Shown here one piece after another: positions 61,900 to 64,000 of a stretch of 64,000 nt of DNA (position 1 is its first letter; every line of letters begins with the position of its first letter). Below the pieces are notes generated by a model. That model did no database searches. It saw only the letters and a program-made list of their open reading frames with translations, and had not been told where the DNA came from. A program made the position numbers and the translations under genes. The stretch lies in sequence record PQ356295.1. One strand, given 5' to 3'. This stretch comes from Escherichia phage KKE7M.

Positions 61900-62694
61900 A
61901 TGTCCAATAAAATCAGTCTTAAAAAACGTCAAGAAACTCTTACTGTATCTCTGCGTAAGAAAAAGATTAACGATGTTGTTCTTCGTGTCGGTAGCGCCTT
62001 AGATATTTCGGGCAGTATGTGTGAACTGTATCGTGATGGCACTGTTAGTGATTTTGTAGGTAAACTGCTGCCGTTTGGTATGAAGTTTGATGATAATGCA
62101 CAGATTGACATGTGGGCTTTCAATAGTTCTTCTTTTGAACTGCCTCCTGCAACGGCTGATGTGTATGATGATTATGTCGGCTCTTGCATGTCTAATGTTT
62201 GCATCAACGGTGGTACAGCTTATGCTCCAGTAATGCAAGAGATTTATGATACATACTTCGGCAGTGTACCTATGAAAAATATTACACGCGAAGTCGTTGA
62301 GTATGAAGAAGTCCCAGCTAAGGGTTTCCTTGCTAAACTAACTGGTAAAAAAGAACTTGTAGAAGTAACACGTACTGTTGTAGAACAGGTTGTAGATACT
62401 GATGCACAAGTTGATCGTACTCCTGCAATGATTTTCTTCCAAACTGACGGGGAAAACATGGATACTTCAGCAGTACGTAGCTTACTGAACAAACACCGCA
62501 ATACGCCTGTTTACTGGTTTATGGTTGGTGTAGGTAATGCAAACTTTAAATTCCTGAAAGACTTGGCAAAAGAATACGATAATGTTGATTTTATCGGTAT
62601 TGCAGATTTGTCCTTGTCTGATGAAGAACTTTACGATAAACTGTTATCCGAAGAGTTTGGCGAGTGGGTTAAAAAATTTGGAGCAAAAGCGTAA
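61900..62694 (+). CDS. von Willebrand factor A (vWA) domain protein, TerY-like
   Basis: MIDAS motif LDISGSM after a TerD-like ISLKK ... VSL N-terminal segment; AGAAAGGAGAAATAAT RBS. Confidence 0.65.
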   Translation: MSNKISLKKRQETLTVSLRKKKINDVVLRVGSALDISGSMCELYRDGTVSDFVGKLLPFGMKFDDNAQIDMWAFNSSSFELPPATADVYDDYVGSCMSNVCINGGTAYAPVMQEIYDTYFGSVPMKNITREVVEYEEVPAKGFLAKLTGKKELVEVTRTVVEQVVDTDAQVDRTPAMIFFQTDGENMDTSAVRSLLNKHRNTPVYWFMVGVGNANFKFLKDLAKEYDNVDFIGIADLSLSDEELYDKLLSEEFGEWVKKFGAKA

Positions 62695-62766
62695 AAAACG
62701 CTTGACTTTGTAGAAAAGATTAGTAAAATAGACAACGTAAATTAACAACAAAGGAGATAATAAATT

Positions 62767-63363
62767 ATGACTCAGAAAATTTCCCTGAAAAAAGGTTCTA
62801 GCGAAAAAGTTTCTCTGAAAAAGATTGCACCAGCACTGAAACGCATTCGTCTGGAATTCTCTTGGAAATCTAACGAAAAACTGGATCTGGATGTTAGTGC
62901 TCTGATTTGCCGACACAACGCATCTGGTCTGCCGGAACTGTTGTCTCCTCGCCACCTGGTGTGCTACGCACAGAAATTTGATCCTGAACGTTCTACTTTT
63001 GCAGGTGAAGATGTTCGTGACGGTGTAGGACAAATGGAGCAGATTGATGTTACACTGGATAATATCTCTGCTGAAGCACAGGAAATTGCATTCGTAATTA
63101 CTATTGATGACGAAACGGGTAAGAAACGCCTTGGTCACGCTACCGAAGGTTTCCTTAAAATCTTCGATGATGAACGTAATGTTGAACTGCTGGACTTTGA
63201 CTTCTTGGCTCCAGAACTTGCAGGTAACACCATTTGCCACGTTGCCTCCCTGGTACGGGAAGATAGTGAATGGAAACTGAAAGCATATGGTGTAGGTAAA
63301 GCTGGGCTTGACATTTACGATGTAGTTAAAGCGTTTGGCGCTGGCGACGATTGGTTCGAGTAA
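62767..63363 (+). CDS. terD: TerD-family stress protein
   Basis: ISLKKG ... VSLKK start, LDLDVSALI, GEDVRDGVGQMEQIDV, LLDFDFL and WKLKAYGVG match TerD domain blocks; AAAGGAGATAATAAATT RBS. Confidence 0.8.
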   Translation: MTQKISLKKGSSEKVSLKKIAPALKRIRLEFSWKSNEKLDLDVSALICRHNASGLPELLSPRHLVCYAQKFDPERSTFAGEDVRDGVGQMEQIDVTLDNISAEAQEIAFVITIDDETGKKRLGHATEGFLKIFDDERNVELLDFDFLAPELAGNTICHVASLVREDSEWKLKAYGVGKAGLDIYDVVKAFGAGDDWFE

Positions 63364-63371
63364 TAAATCAT

Positions 63372-63395
63372 AGCGCCCTTCGGGGCGCATATTTA
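63372..63395 (+). terminator. possible terminator (weak T-tract)
   Basis: GCGCCC-TTCG-GGGCGC hairpin followed by ATATTTAAAA. Confidence 0.4.
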
Positions 63396-63415
63396 AAATA
63401 AAAGAGGAGAAAACA

Positions 63416-64000
63416 ATGAGTATTACTTTAGAAGGTCAAAAACTTATTCGTAGCGGCAATTTTCTTGTAGATATTGACAACAATGAAGATTATGCTTTAG
63501 AAGTTAGTGATGTGCTGTTTGATGCTTTGCAGTCTGGTTTCAATTTTGAAGTTTATGAAGTAATCCGTGGAACTAAACTCAGAGAAACCCTTGGATCATC
63601 TAGTGATGTTTATTCGGCAATCTGGCAATATTTCGGGTTAATGGAGGGTAAGACATATCTTACTGATAGTTATTCTGAAGATGTTGTTTATCTTGATATG
63701 GAAGAGTTTCGTCGTCTGTTCAAAAGTGAAGAAAATGAAGAAGAGGGCGAACTTTTTGAAGGAATTACTCTTGAAGGTAATGTTGAAATTGTGTATAAAG
63801 CAGGGAAAACATTCCATTTGCGCGAAAACGGTAAAGCAAAAGTTGATTTTGTAAACAAGACAGTGACAACTGAACATAATTATCTTAAAGATGGTCAACC
63901 AGCTTTTGAACGTGTAAAAATTAAATTTAAAGTGTTGTCTGCACTAGTTACGGATCAAGAACGTATTGATTTTGTAGAAGATGGTGTAGTAACTCATACA
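63416..64000 (+). CDS. hypothetical protein, 3-prime truncated by window end
   Basis: AAAAGAGGAGAAAACA RBS, ATG at 63416, open to end of window. Confidence 0.5.
   Translation, partial: MSITLEGQKLIRSGNFLVDIDNNEDYALEVSDVLFDALQSGFNFEVYEVIRGTKLRETLGSSSDVYSAIWQYFGLMEGKTYLTDSYSEDVVYLDMEEFRRLFKSEENEEEGELFEGITLEGNVEIVYKAGKTFHLRENGKAKVDFVNKTVTTEHNYLKDGQPAFERVKIKFKVLSALVTDQERIDFVEDGVVTHT

Overview
This window reads as a segment of a large virulent dsDNA bacteriophage genome, probably infecting a Gram-negative (enterobacterial-type) host: sigma70-consensus promoters, AGGAG-type ribosome sites, a lipobox protein, and very dense short genes in long same-strand blocks. All calls are by eye from the sequence and ORF track; no database search was run. 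Layout: (1) 0.1-10.4 kb forward block with a putative N6-adenine methyltransferase, serine recombinase, metallophosphoesterase, SLOG/DprA-like protein, C5-cytosine methyltransferase, HNH endonuclease and Sir2-like protein. (2) 10.5-22.4 kb reverse block of about 45 small unrecognisable ORFs, including two paralogous families. (3) 22.4-24.1 kb gene-free region with Fur-box-like palindromes, AT-rich iterons and a nested inverted-repeat structure. (4) 24.1-34.4 kb reverse array of about 30 small genes, most preceded by a reiterated promoter plus GC-rich leader-hairpin cassette. (5) 34.4-35.7 kb second gene-free region with Fur-box-like palindromes and three tandem ~67-bp repeats. (6) 35.7-40.0 kb reverse operon with NADAR, a zinc-ribbon/T5orf172-like protein and an AAA ATPase. 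(7) 40.05-64 kb forward block with a UvrD-like helicase, YqeY-like protein, NrdD/NrdG, a second paralogous AAA ATPase, and a Ter-like cluster (HAD hydrolase, phosphoribosyltransferase, macro domain, TerC, lipoprotein, TelA, vWA, TerD). No rRNA, tRNA, CRISPR array or transposon was recognised. Most interesting: the promoter-hairpin cassette array, the phage-borne Ter-like/nucleotide-metabolite module, and the set of NAD/ADP-ribose-related domains. Coordinates of ORFs under 60 aa (absent from the ORF track) were hand-derived and may be off by 1-3 nt.
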